Below are positions 8,538 to 18,124 of a stretch of 64,000 nucleotides of DNA, piece by piece (position 1 is the stretch's first letter; the number at the start of each line of letters is the position of its first letter). This DNA is from a virus, in the IMG/VR virus record IMGVR_UViG_3300025127_000013, positions 66,762 to 130,761 of that record; one strand, 5' to 3'. Position numbers and translations under genes: made by a program. The notes under the pieces were generated by a model, which saw only the letters and a program-made list of their open reading frames with translations, ran no database searches and was not told where the DNA came from.

Positions 8538-11500
8538 GTGAGCATTAAAATAGCACACGTCTCTGATATTCATGTGCGAAAACTTAAATATCACAAAGAA
8601 TATCGAGCCGTGTTTGAGCAGCTTTATGAAAAGCTGAGAGAAGAAAAGCCTGATATCATTGTTAATACGGGTGATACATTTCATACAAAGCTTGATTTGA
8701 GCCCTGAAGCAATCAGGATGATGAGCGAGCTATTTGTTGGTCTTGCTGATATTGCACCTTACCACATGATTCTTGGCAATCATGACATGAACTTAAAGAA
8801 TAGTGGTCGGCTTGATGCCATATCACCAATTGTTGATTATTTGGAACATCCAAATATTCACTTTCATAAATATGCATCTGTGGTGGAAGTAGCTCCCGGT
8901 ATCGACTTGCATGTCTTGTCTATTGTTGATCCCGAGAACTGGCAGAAACAATTACCCGATGACCGTGTTAATATTGCACTCTATCACGGTTCAGTAGTAG
9001 GGTCAGTGACTGATAGTGGCTGGATGATGACACACGGTGACATATCACTCGAAGAGCTTGAAAAGTATGATTATGCAATGCTGGGTGATATTCACAAGAC
9101 AGATCAAAAAGTTGATAATGATGGTCGAGCACGGTACCCGGGCTCACTTGTACAACAGAATCATGGTGAGTCAAATGATAAGGGTTATCTTATTTGGGAT
9201 ATCAAAGATAAGAATACATGGGCAACAAGGCATGTCTCACTTACTAACCCGAAGCCGTTTATTACTATCGAACTTACTCGCAAAGGACGAATGCCAAAGA
9301 ATATTTCTATTCCGCTTGGTGCTCGTCTTCGTCTCGTTAGTAATAATAATTTACCGCTTGACTCTATGAAAAGAGCAGTTGATGTAGCTAAACATAGATT
9401 CAAACCAGAAACAATATCGTTTTTGAATCGTGCATCAGGTGAGCGAGGTTCTGTTGAAGCATTAACTGATGGTTTGCAAACTGAAAATCTAAGAGATATA
9501 AAAGTACAAGAAGAATTGATAGATGAATATTTAGTTGACTATGAAGTGCAAGAAAAGACACTTGAGAAAGTTTACGAACTAAATAAGAAGTATAACAAAA
9601 TTGTTGAGGACAATGAGGATGTATCGCGGAATATTAACTGGAAACTTGTTGACTTTGAGTTTGACAATCTGTTTAATTACGGGGATGGTAATAATGTTAG
9701 CTTTGAAGAGCTAAGTGGTATTATTGGTATCTTTGGTAAAAACTTTTCTGGTAAAAGCAGTATCATTGATGGTATCCTGTGGACACTATTTAATACAACA
9801 TCCAAGAATGAACGAAAGAACTTGAATGTTATTAACCAGAACAAAGAAGATTGTCGCGGAAAGGTAACAATACAGATTAATGATTTGGTCTATACAGTCG
9901 AACGAAAAGCTAAGAAGTACATCAAAAGACTGAAAGGCGAAGAAACATTAGAGGCTAAGACGGAGTTAAACTTTGAAGTGTATGACCCAGTTATGGGTGA
10001 AACCACATCTTTAAATGGGCTCACAAGAACACTCACCGATGCTAACATACGAAAACAGTTTGGTACACTTGATGACTTTGCAGTTTCATCTTTATCGTCT
10101 CAGCACGGTGCTTTGGCATTTATCGATGAAGGCTCGACCCGTCGTAAGGAAATCATCGCGAAGTTTCTCGATCTTGAATTGTTTGATCGTAAGTTTAAGT
10201 TAGCCAAGGAAGACTCAGTTGACCTCAAGGGTGCACTTAAGAGACTTGAGACCAAGAATTATGATGATGAATTAGATTCTGTAAATGCATCGCTTGTTGA
10301 AGCGAGACAACAGATGAGCGAACACAAGTCAATTTGCACTGCTCTAAAAGAAGCAGTCGTGGAATTAACTGATGTCAGAAATGAGATTGAGTCCAAAATT
10401 GATTCTATACCCGCTGAAATTATCGATATTTCAGCAGTCAATAAAGAAATCAGATTAAAAGAAAATCAAATAACAAAGCACATTCTTGAGAATGATGAAT
10501 TTGCTGATACTTTAAAAACAAAACAAGGTGTATATAAAAAGATTGTGAGTTTTCTCGATGAGTTTGATTTACAGAAATTTGAAAATCAACGGCAACAAAT
10601 TAATCAGTATAAAGAACAACTTAAGACACAAGAAGATAATCTTGACAAACTACTCGAAGAACACAACTATATTCTGAAGAAAGAAGGCTTATTGCACGAT
10701 CATGAGTATGATCCCAACTGTGAATATTGTTCTAACAATGAGTTTGTTAAAGAAGCACAAGCAGCCGTTAGCAGAAAAGCTGATGTTGAGGCTCAACAAG
10801 CTGACACATTACAAACAATTAATATAATCACGGAAGAAATCAAGAGTCTAAATCCAACAGATGTTGAAACACAATTTGAACGGTATAATAAGATAGAGTC
10901 TAACAAGCACACAGTATCATCAGAAATTGCTGATTTAAATCTTGAGATCGAGAGAAACAAAAATTCTGTTTTATTTTTAGAAGACAAGCTAAAAGAACTG
11001 TGTGCAAAACGAGATGAATACGAGGAAAACAAAGAAGCAATTGAAAATCTGGAAGCCTTAGTGACTCAGCTTAACAAGTGTCATTATAAGATTGAACAGA
11101 CACAAAACAAGATTGACACTTGCGATGCTGCCACACTTGAACTTGTTAAGTCTGTTGGCTCATACGAACAAAAGATTGAAACCATCAAAGAACAAAAGCA
11201 GGAGTATCAAGACCTTCAAACCGAATTTGCTGCATACCACTTGTTTATGATTTGTATGCATCCTAACGGTATTGCTTACGATGTTATTAAGAAGAAGATA
11301 CCAGTAATCAACGAAGAGATTGCGAAGGTGCTTGCTAATATTGTTGACTTTGAAGTATTCTTTGAAGCTGCAGGTAATAAGTTTGATATCAACATCAAGC
11401 ATCCAAAGTATGAAGAGCGACCGATAGAGATGGCATCAGGTGCCGAGAAATCACTGTCGGCAATGGCTATCCGCTTAGCATTGTTGGGAGTTTCATCATT

Positions 11501-11705
11501 GCCAAAGTCAGACTTATTTATCCTTGATGAGCCGGGCACAGCACTGGACGAAGACAATATGTCGGGTTTTATTCAGATTTTGGAACTAATTAAGGTATAT
11601 TTCAAGAACGTTTTGTTGATCTCCCACCTTGATTCGCTCAAAGATTGTGTTGATATGCAAATCGTAATTGATAAAAAAGCAGGATATGCAAGGGTCAACC
11701 AATGA
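8538..11705 (+). CDS. Fused Mre11/SbcD nuclease + Rad50/SbcC ATPase (gp47-gp46 equivalent)
   Basis: SDIH, GDTFH, GNHD, GDIH, YPGS phosphoesterase motifs; Walker A GKNFSGKSS, coiled coil with CEYC hook, signature ASGAEK, Walker B FILDEP, LISH; GTG 8538 after AGGAG. Confidence 0.92.
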   Translation: MSIKIAHVSDIHVRKLKYHKEYRAVFEQLYEKLREEKPDIIVNTGDTFHTKLDLSPEAIRMMSELFVGLADIAPYHMILGNHDMNLKNSGRLDAISPIVDYLEHPNIHFHKYASVVEVAPGIDLHVLSIVDPENWQKQLPDDRVNIALYHGSVVGSVTDSGWMMTHGDISLEELEKYDYAMLGDIHKTDQKVDNDGRARYPGSLVQQNHGESNDKGYLIWDIKDKNTWATRHVSLTNPKPFITIELTRKGRMPKNISIPLGARLRLVSNNNLPLDSMKRAVDVAKHRFKPETISFLNRASGERGSVEALTDGLQTENLRDIKVQEELIDEYLVDYEVQEKTLEKVYELNKKYNKIVEDNEDVSRNINWKLVDFEFDNLFNYGDGNNVSFEELSGIIGIFGKNFSGKSSIIDGILWTLFNTTSKNERKNLNVINQNKEDCRGKVTIQINDLVYTVERKAKKYIKRLKGEETLEAKTELNFEVYDPVMGETTSLNGLTRTLTDANIRKQFGTLDDFAVSSLSSQHGALAFIDEGSTRRKEIIAKFLDLELFDRKFKLAKEDSVDLKGALKRLETKNYDDELDSVNASLVEARQQMSEHKSICTALKEAVVELTDVRNEIESKIDSIPAEIIDISAVNKEIRLKENQITKHILENDEFADTLKTKQGVYKKIVSFLDEFDLQKFENQRQQINQYKEQLKTQEDNLDKLLEEHNYILKKEGLLHDHEYDPNCEYCSNNEFVKEAQAAVSRKADVEAQQADTLQTINIITEEIKSLNPTDVETQFERYNKIESNKHTVSSEIADLNLEIERNKNSVLFLEDKLKELCAKRDEYEENKEAIENLEALVTQLNKCHYKIEQTQNKIDTCDAATLELVKSVGSYEQKIETIKEQKQEYQDLQTEFAAYHLFMICMHPNGIAYDVIKKKIPVINEEIAKVLANIVDFEVFFEAAGNKFDINIKHPKYEERPIEMASGAEKSLSAMAIRLALLGVSSLPKSDLFILDEPGTALDEDNMSGFIQILELIKVYFKNVLLISHLDSLKDCVDMQIVIDKKAGYARVNQ

Positions 11706-12838
11706 ACGACAACGATAATAACGAATTTGATTTTCTGCCTCCCGCAGAGGCACCACCCTCCTTTAATCAGGAGAAAGACCATTATCACGAAGAAGTAGAA
11801 GCAGAAGACTTTGGAATGGTAGAAGATTTCGGATTACAGATGGAATACTCTGATGAAGATTTACTGCCTGAGAACACAGCCCCATCATCTATTAATGTGG
11901 GGTTTGTTGGTGTTGGTGGTGGTGGAAACAAAATGGCTAATGCTTTTATTGAGCTTGGCTTCAACAAAACATTGCTTGTTAACACAACGGGCAAAGACAT
12001 TCCTAAGAATGTTGAAGAGGATCATGTTGTCCTCATTCCCGATGCCGACGGTATTGGCAAAAATGTAGAATATGGAAAAGAGGTATTAACACAAAATGGA
12101 GCGATTGTTGAAGATGCTCTCCGCATCAAATTGGGGAAAGTTGATTGGTTATTCGTCCTTGCTGGCGGTGGCGGTGGGACCGGTAGCAGTGTCACTGCTC
12201 TTCATCCTGTGTTTGAGCGGTACCTTCGCTCTGTTCAAGCTTCTGGACAAGTAGTATATGTCACATCTTGGCCCACAGCACAAGAAAACCTTAATCCTAC
12301 AATCGCTAGAAATGCCCTCACTCTTGCGAATGATGTGTCAAAACACCCACACATCATACTAGACAACGAACGAGCAACAAGATTACTTCGTGGTAGAATT
12401 GGTATGCTGGGTATGTATCCGGTTGCCAACACACAATTTGCAAAGTCATTAGCCCAAGTTTTGAAACTCTCCAATGAGGACTCACCGATCCAATCTTTTG
12501 ATAGTAAGGACTTAGAAACTTGTCTGGGCAATGACGGTCGTGCCTTCATAGGCTCAACTATGATTAAAGATCCAAATACTGGTAAGCTTGGATCGGTGAT
12601 CCTCCACAACTGCATGAATCGCTCTGCATGCCCTCCACCCAAAGGCAAAGCTGCAGCAGGATCGTTGGTGCTGGTTGTGTCAGAAGAGATGGTAGCTGAC
12701 CCAAGAGTTAGCAAAAATATTGAGTCGGCAATCGCTTATGTCGGCGGTCGATGTGAAACACTTTTCTCTGGTGTTTATGTCAGAAAGAATGTGCCCGGAT
12801 TGATTGCGATACTAAGTATGAATGGATTAGCAACATGA
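11702..12838 (+). CDS. Tubulin/FtsZ-family GTPase (PhuZ/TubZ-like)
   Basis: VGVGGGGNK, LVNTT, GIGKN, signature GGGGGTGS, ILDNE, T7-loop-like SFDSKDL; acidic N-terminal extension of about 60 aa. Confidence 0.88.
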   Translation: MNDNDNNEFDFLPPAEAPPSFNQEKDHYHEEVEAEDFGMVEDFGLQMEYSDEDLLPENTAPSSINVGFVGVGGGGNKMANAFIELGFNKTLLVNTTGKDIPKNVEEDHVVLIPDADGIGKNVEYGKEVLTQNGAIVEDALRIKLGKVDWLFVLAGGGGGTGSSVTALHPVFERYLRSVQASGQVVYVTSWPTAQENLNPTIARNALTLANDVSKHPHIILDNERATRLLRGRIGMLGMYPVANTQFAKSLAQVLKLSNEDSPIQSFDSKDLETCLGNDGRAFIGSTMIKDPNTGKLGSVILHNCMNRSACPPPKGKAAAGSLVLVVSEEMVADPRVSKNIESAIAYVGGRCETLFSGVYVRKNVPGLIAILSMNGLAT

Positions 12839-13218
12839 AAATAACAAAACAACAACTTAAAGAAATCATCAAAGAAGAAATCAGTTCTATTATTGAAAAG
12901 GATGACGAAGACAAAGCAGAAGATGAAGAAGCAGAAGACAAAAAGAAAAAATCTAAAAAGCAAATTGACTTGCACGGATTTTCTTCCGAGAAAGAGACGG
13001 CCGATTTTGTCAAGAAAAACCCATCATTTTTTAACGAGGATGTAGAAGTTCCCGGCGGCGGTGTCAGAAGTGTAAAAGGTGTAAAAAGAAGTATTATGGA
13101 AAATTTAGAAGATGCTATGCAAGCAGCACAACGGGGCGACTTCAATGCAGTTGCTACCAGAGTTGCTAACTTAGAAGCTTTTGTTGAAGCATTAAAAAAA
13201 GTAGGAGAAATCAAATGA
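12835..13218 (+). CDS. Hypothetical protein with N-terminal MKITKQQLKEIIKEE (candidate internal head protein)
   Basis: Shared N-terminal motif; charged low-complexity segment. Confidence 0.65.
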   Translation: MKITKQQLKEIIKEEISSIIEKDDEDKAEDEEAEDKKKKSKKQIDLHGFSSEKETADFVKKNPSFFNEDVEVPGGGVRSVKGVKRSIMENLEDAMQAAQRGDFNAVATRVANLEAFVEALKKVGEIK

Positions 13219-13523
13219 ACTGGTTAACAAATTTATGGACTGCCTTAGTTAGAAAAACCTCAACAGTTGCAGACGAAATTACCGAAGAAGTTACCGAGGT
13301 TTTGGTTGAGGAAGATGATTCCTCTGTAGCAGAGATCTTTGAGGGCATCTGCAAGCAAGCAGGTCTTGGCGGCAAGTTCCTTGAAGGTTTGAGTGCAACT
13401 GAAAAGTTTGTTGCTTGGTACGATGGTACTGCTGATGAAGAATCTGTTAGAGCTTCATTGGCAGAATTCAAAACTACTGATCCAGCTATCAATGCAAAGA
13501 TGACATCTATTGGTGGATTTTAA
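13215..13523 (+). CDS. Hypothetical acidic protein
   Basis: RBS AGGAG, ATGA overlap; amphipathic N-terminus MNWLTNLWTAL. Confidence 0.65.
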   Translation: MNWLTNLWTALVRKTSTVADEITEEVTEVLVEEDDSSVAEIFEGICKQAGLGGKFLEGLSATEKFVAWYDGTADEESVRASLAEFKTTDPAINAKMTSIGGF

Positions 13524-13524
13524 A

Positions 13525-14160
13525 ATGAAAATTAGTATCTCAGAACTTAAAGAAATTATACAACAGGAAATTGACTCTCTTGATGAAGGCGGATATGGTG
13601 AAGGTTCTATGGCTCGTAGTCAACTTGGAAGAACTGCAGAAGTTGCTTTAATGCTTCAGGATATGATCGGAGACGATACTAATCTCGAAGAATGGGTTGA
13701 GTCTAAAATTACTAAATCACAAGATTATCTTAGTTCAGTATTAAATTATATGAGAGGTGAGCAGCTTTCTGAAAGAGAATTGTCTAAATCTGAAAAAGAT
13801 GAAAAAGAAGACATTGTAAAAGGTATGAAAAAAAATACGAAAGACTTTGAGAAAAGATATGGTAAAGATGCTAAAAGTGTAATGTATGGTGCTGCTACAA
13901 ATATTGCTAAAAAGAATAAAGGCAAGAAAGTCAAAGAAGGTCTTGAACAACTTACTCCCGAAAACATGGAGTTGTTGTTTGATGTTTTCAAAAAGATGGC
14001 AACAGAGCCAGCAATTGTAACTGCTCTTGGCATGGGCGGGATGGTCGCTGCTATTGATAAAATGAAAGATATGGTTATGAAGGATCAGAATCCACCCTCC
14101 GGTGTTTCGGGCACTACTAGTCCTGATGGCCCAGATATGACATCTGGAGCAAGTGAATAA
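13525..14160 (+). CDS. Modular hypothetical protein with N-terminal MKISISELKEIIQQE (candidate internal head protein)
   Basis: Shared N-terminal motif; modules EGSMARSQL...LEEWVESKITKSQDYL and KEDIVKGMKK...YGKDAKSVMYGAAT, separated by [LV]-x-E sites. Confidence 0.65.
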   Translation: MKISISELKEIIQQEIDSLDEGGYGEGSMARSQLGRTAEVALMLQDMIGDDTNLEEWVESKITKSQDYLSSVLNYMRGEQLSERELSKSEKDEKEDIVKGMKKNTKDFEKRYGKDAKSVMYGAATNIAKKNKGKKVKEGLEQLTPENMELLFDVFKKMATEPAIVTALGMGGMVAAIDKMKDMVMKDQNPPSGVSGTTSPDGPDMTSGASE

Positions 14161-14170
14161 CGGAGTTAGT

Positions 14171-14371
14171 ATGATGTCTAAAGCAAATGCATTTTTAGAT
14201 ACTTGGCTAGCCAAACTGACATCTCGCAAGCTAATGGTCTGGTTAGCTGCGACTGGTTTAACATTGGCGGGACATGTTACTAGCGAAGACTGGGTAATTA
14301 TTTCAGCAATCTATATTGGAGGTCAAACTATTATTGATGGCATCTCTAGATTGCGAGGTTACAATGATTAG
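14171..14371 (+). CDS. Putative holin
   Basis: Small, two hydrophobic segments (SRKLMVWLAATGLTLAG; WVIISAIYIGGQ), tandem ATGATG start after GGAG. Confidence 0.6.
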   Translation: MMSKANAFLDTWLAKLTSRKLMVWLAATGLTLAGHVTSEDWVIISAIYIGGQTIIDGISRLRGYND

Positions 14372-14747
14372 AAAACAAGTTTTAGAGTTTGTTGTATCAC
14401 ACTGGAAAGAAATACTAATAGTTGTGTTAGCAATCGTGGTCGTTGCCAAGACGAGATATGACTATAATCTAATGCAGAAAACATATAAGACACAAATAGA
14501 GTCTGCACAATCACAAATCGAAGGTCTTAAAGAAATACACAAGCAAGAGATTAAAGAAAAGCAATTGCTTATGGAAAGTCATCTTGAATCAATCGCCGAA
14601 ATAGAAAAAGACTACGAAGATGCTCTTGATATGATAGACGAGCTAAGACAAGACAAAGCTGGCAAATACAGGAATAAGTTTAATAGTGATAGAGAAGAAC
14701 TAATTAAAGATATAGAATCTAAGTTTGGTATTGAGTATGTTCCTTAA
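14364..14747 (+). CDS. Putative inner-membrane spanin-like protein (N-terminal TM + coiled coil)
   Basis: ILIVVLAIVVVA then heptad-rich helix; immediately after the holin-like gene. Confidence 0.5.
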   Translation: MIRKQVLEFVVSHWKEILIVVLAIVVVAKTRYDYNLMQKTYKTQIESAQSQIEGLKEIHKQEIKEKQLLMESHLESIAEIEKDYEDALDMIDELRQDKAGKYRNKFNSDREELIKDIESKFGIEYVP

Positions 14748-15156
14748 GTTATTACTTCTGCTGACAATGACCGCAAATGCCACAGAGCCTGCGAAGTTTA
14801 CCGTATTAGAATATAAAGCCCCAGCACCTTTTGCTGGTGTTTTGTTTGACGAAAATGCAATAGCAAAGGTATTGTCAAGTTATGACATAGCATTATACTC
14901 TTGTGAGATAAAAACTGAGTATGAACTTAAAGTGTTGAGAGAAGAATACGAATTTAAATTAGAGAATTTAAAAATAGAACACAATGCTTTAACAAAAGAA
15001 TACGACTTGTTTATAATGGAGAAAGACAAGGAAATAAAAGCACTTGTAAACTCTCTAGAGAAAACAGCACCAAAATATAAATGGTGGTGGTTTGCTGGAG
15101 GTGTCGCCGTTGGCACTGCGAGTGCATATGGTGCTTATAAGGTATTTAATGAGTAA
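14737..15156 (+). CDS. Secreted coiled-coil protein with C-terminal membrane anchor (spanin-like?)
   Basis: Signal-peptide-like MFLKLLLLLTMTANA, coiled coil, C-terminal WWWFAGGVAVGTASAYGAY. Confidence 0.5.
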   Translation: MFLKLLLLLTMTANATEPAKFTVLEYKAPAPFAGVLFDENAIAKVLSSYDIALYSCEIKTEYELKVLREEYEFKLENLKIEHNALTKEYDLFIMEKDKEIKALVNSLEKTAPKYKWWWFAGGVAVGTASAYGAYKVFNE

Positions 15157-15541
15157 TAAAAACTTTGATCAGATTGCTGCAATCGAGAAGGCCATAAAAG
15201 AAAAGTATGGTGATGATGCGATTGCGAACCCAAAAGCTTTCTGGGACGAAACTAAAGAAAAAGAATATCTTGAGCAGATGAAAGATTTTTATGCCAAGAC
15301 TTCTAAAAATTTAGAATGGGAAGATAAAATTGATGTAAATGGTATAAAGGTTAGCAAAAAACTACTTAATAAAGAACCTCGTAAAAATTGTCCTGTCTGC
15401 GGAGCCTTTCCAAAGAAATCCATGGATGATGTCTGCTTAGTCAAATTTGAATGTTGCTACAAATGTTTCATACAATATGTCGAAGGCAGAGAAGAACGAT
15501 GGCAAAAAGGTTGGCGACCAAAACTAAATAAGGATAATTAA
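15149..15541 (+). CDS. Hypothetical Zn-finger protein
   Basis: CPVC...CCYKC. Confidence 0.65.
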   Translation: MSNKNFDQIAAIEKAIKEKYGDDAIANPKAFWDETKEKEYLEQMKDFYAKTSKNLEWEDKIDVNGIKVSKKLLNKEPRKNCPVCGAFPKKSMDDVCLVKFECCYKCFIQYVEGREERWQKGWRPKLNKDN

Positions 15542-15542
15542 A

Positions 15543-16085
15543 ATGGCTACAGTTTATGAAATAGTTCAAGGCTTATCACAGGCAGCAGCGAATGCATATG
15601 ACGGTGCATTGGATGAAAACAACGAACTTCTTAAGATTGGATTAAATCGTGAAGAGGGTGATATGTTATATGATAGAAGAGTGATGGACGGATTTAAGGT
15701 CCGCTTTTCTGGCAATACCATGTGTTTAACTTATATGTCCGAAGTGCAGCTTAAGCAGGTGCATGAGACAGGCTTTGAAGATGAAGTGCAGTCTACCATG
15801 TCTGAAGTTATCAAGTTCCTTAAAAAAGAGTATCGCAAAATTACAGGCAGTTCTGTGACACTAACACAGATCGAAGAAGCAGACATTAGAGTTGAGAGCA
15901 CATCAAATGTTCGTTCATTTTTAACAGCCGTTCAGCAGTTTACGGTTGGCGGACTAGACGAGGAAATGAATAATAAAGATGGTTCAAAGGCACCAAACGA
16001 TTATTGGCAAGACTTCATGTCTCAAGGTGGCTGGACTGGCGATGGTGGTAAAAGACCATCAAACGATACCAGAAAAAAGGAATAA
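15543..16085 (+). CDS. Hypothetical protein
   Basis: Long ORF with RBS AAGGA in the packaging region. Confidence 0.7.
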   Translation: MATVYEIVQGLSQAAANAYDGALDENNELLKIGLNREEGDMLYDRRVMDGFKVRFSGNTMCLTYMSEVQLKQVHETGFEDEVQSTMSEVIKFLKKEYRKITGSSVTLTQIEEADIRVESTSNVRSFLTAVQQFTVGGLDEEMNNKDGSKAPNDYWQDFMSQGGWTGDGGKRPSNDTRKKE

Positions 16086-16089
16086 GTAA

Positions 16090-16536
16090 ATGAAGATTAC
16101 CAAGAGACAACTTCACAAAATTATTCTTGAAGAATACATGAAAGAAGAAAACATCACAGAGTATAGCGAAGAAGCAGAAGAATTAATTAGAAAAATGATA
16201 GGCGACGATGAATACAATCGCCGCCGTGCTCTTGAAATGCCTAAAGATCGAAACGATGGAAACACAGCCCCGATGCAAAAAACCTCTGATTCGGTAGAGG
16301 ATAAGATTGCAAGTTTGGTTCAGGGTATGCAACCAGATGATGTGGCCGAACTTTTTCAGTCCGTCTTTTCAAGATTACCCGGTGTAGAGATGCAGGATGA
16401 TGAGCCCGATCCACCTTCTTTGTATGGCGATCCTAGAGACGATGGCAGATCTCCAATCACACTTGGCCCTGTTAGAGAAGACTTTGATTTATCTGCACTA
16501 CAAGAAATGATTCGTACAATGATTAGGGATGTATGA
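16090..16536 (+). CDS. Hypothetical acidic protein with N-terminal MKITKRQLHKIILEE (candidate internal head protein)
   Basis: Shared N-terminal motif; ATGA overlap with terminase. Confidence 0.65.
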   Translation: MKITKRQLHKIILEEYMKEENITEYSEEAEELIRKMIGDDEYNRRRALEMPKDRNDGNTAPMQKTSDSVEDKIASLVQGMQPDDVAELFQSVFSRLPGVEMQDDEPDPPSLYGDPRDDGRSPITLGPVREDFDLSALQEMIRTMIRDV

Positions 16537-18116
16537 GTTTTGAACTTACCAAAAAACAAAAGTTTCAAGAAATATTAAAGTGTGGTAAAGACCCAGCATA
16601 CTTCTTGAAAAATTATGCCCGTATATCACATCCGATGCACGGGCTAATCCTTTTTGACACATATGATTTTCAAGATACTTTATTAGACGATTTTAACGAT
16701 TATAGATTTAATATTATCTTGAAAGCAAGACAACTAGGTATTTCAACAATCACGGCCGGGTACATTTCTTGGCTTATGCTTTTTCATAAAGATAAGTCAA
16801 TCCTTGTTATGGCAACTAAGTTTGCAACTGCTGGTAACCTTGTTAAAAAGGTTAAAAGCATTATGAAGAATTTGCCAGAGTGGATTCGCATAGCTACAAT
16901 CTCGGTTGATAACCGAACATCATTTGAACTGTCTAATGGCTCTTCAATTAAGGCGGCCTCAACTTCTGGAGATGCTGGTCGTTCTGAAGCACTGTCATTA
17001 CTTGTTCTTGATGAGGCTGCACACATTGAAGGTCTTGAAGAGTTGTGGACTGGTCTGTACCCCACACTGTCTACTGGTGGTCGTTGCATCGCACTGTCAA
17101 CTCCTAATGGTGTTGGTAATTGGTTTCATAAAAACTGTGTTGATGCAGAAAGTGGAGCGAACAACTTTAATCTCACAACACTACCATGGGATGTTCATCC
17201 CGATAGAGATAAAGAGTGGTACAAAAAAGAAACCAGAAATATGTCCAAGCGGCAGATTGCTCAAGAGCTTGAATGTAATTTCAACACTTCTGGCGAGACT
17301 GTAATTGATCCTGATTGTATGGAATGGCTTTTATCAAATGTGTGTGAGCCAAAATATAGAACTGGTTTTGATAGAAACTTTTGGATTTGGGAAGAGTATG
17401 ATCCTACATGTAATTATCTTATGGTTGCTGATGTAGCCAGAGGTGATGGTGCTGATTATTCTACTTTTCATATGGTTAAGTTAGAAACACTGCAAGTAGT
17501 TGGTGAGTATCAGGGTAAGCCAACTTTAGATATGTATGCTAATATGCTAAATCAAGTTGGTAGAGAATTTGGAAATGCAATGTTAGTTGTAGAAAACAAC
17601 AATGTAGGCTTCTCAGTGCTTGACAAATTAATCGAAGCACAATATCCGAACTTATACCACTCAGTCAAATCGACACACGAATATATCGAGCAGTATCAAG
17701 CAGAATATAGAAACAGTGCTGTTCCGGGTTTTACTACATCATCAAAGACCCGACCCCTTATAGTAGCGAAATTAGAAGAGTTTATCAGAAATAAACTAAT
17801 TACGGTATATTCTTCTCGTACAATTAATGAGATGAAGACTTTTATTTGGAGGAATGGTCGCCCACAAGCTATGAAAGGTTATCATGATGATCTCATCATG
17901 GCTCTTGCAATTGCATGTTGGGTTAGAGATACAGCGATTCAAAACAGTGCAAGAGATTTAAATTACCAACGGGCTTTTGTTGATGCAATCATAACTTCCA
18001 AAACCACCATGAATACACAAATAAAAGGTCAAATAGGATACAAAAAACAAGAATCTTTTGATAAACTTAATGAAGCAAAAAGTATTTATGACCAGTACAA
18101 ATGGATTATAAAGTGA
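16533..18116 (+). CDS. terL: Terminase large subunit (T4 gp17-like)
   Basis: LKARQLGIST Walker A, LLVLDEAAH Walker B, STPNG, QELEC, nuclease DVARGDGADYS, VENN, HDDLIMALAIA. Confidence 0.95.
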   Translation: MSFELTKKQKFQEILKCGKDPAYFLKNYARISHPMHGLILFDTYDFQDTLLDDFNDYRFNIILKARQLGISTITAGYISWLMLFHKDKSILVMATKFATAGNLVKKVKSIMKNLPEWIRIATISVDNRTSFELSNGSSIKAASTSGDAGRSEALSLLVLDEAAHIEGLEELWTGLYPTLSTGGRCIALSTPNGVGNWFHKNCVDAESGANNFNLTTLPWDVHPDRDKEWYKKETRNMSKRQIAQELECNFNTSGETVIDPDCMEWLLSNVCEPKYRTGFDRNFWIWEEYDPTCNYLMVADVARGDGADYSTFHMVKLETLQVVGEYQGKPTLDMYANMLNQVGREFGNAMLVVENNNVGFSVLDKLIEAQYPNLYHSVKSTHEYIEQYQAEYRNSAVPGFTTSSKTRPLIVAKLEEFIRNKLITVYSSRTINEMKTFIWRNGRPQAMKGYHDDLIMALAIACWVRDTAIQNSARDLNYQRAFVDAIITSKTTMNTQIKGQIGYKKQESFDKLNEAKSIYDQYKWIIK

Positions 18117-18124
18117 GAAAATAA

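Noticed and set aside
5912-9792. CTATTTA copies at 5912 and 9786 inside early-type genes
   Set aside because: No late gene start nearby; a 7-mer occurs by chance in AT-rich DNA
12960-13020. IDLHG motif in ORF 12835 suggesting a second Smr domain
   Set aside because: The downstream Smr elements (IxTG strand) are not evident
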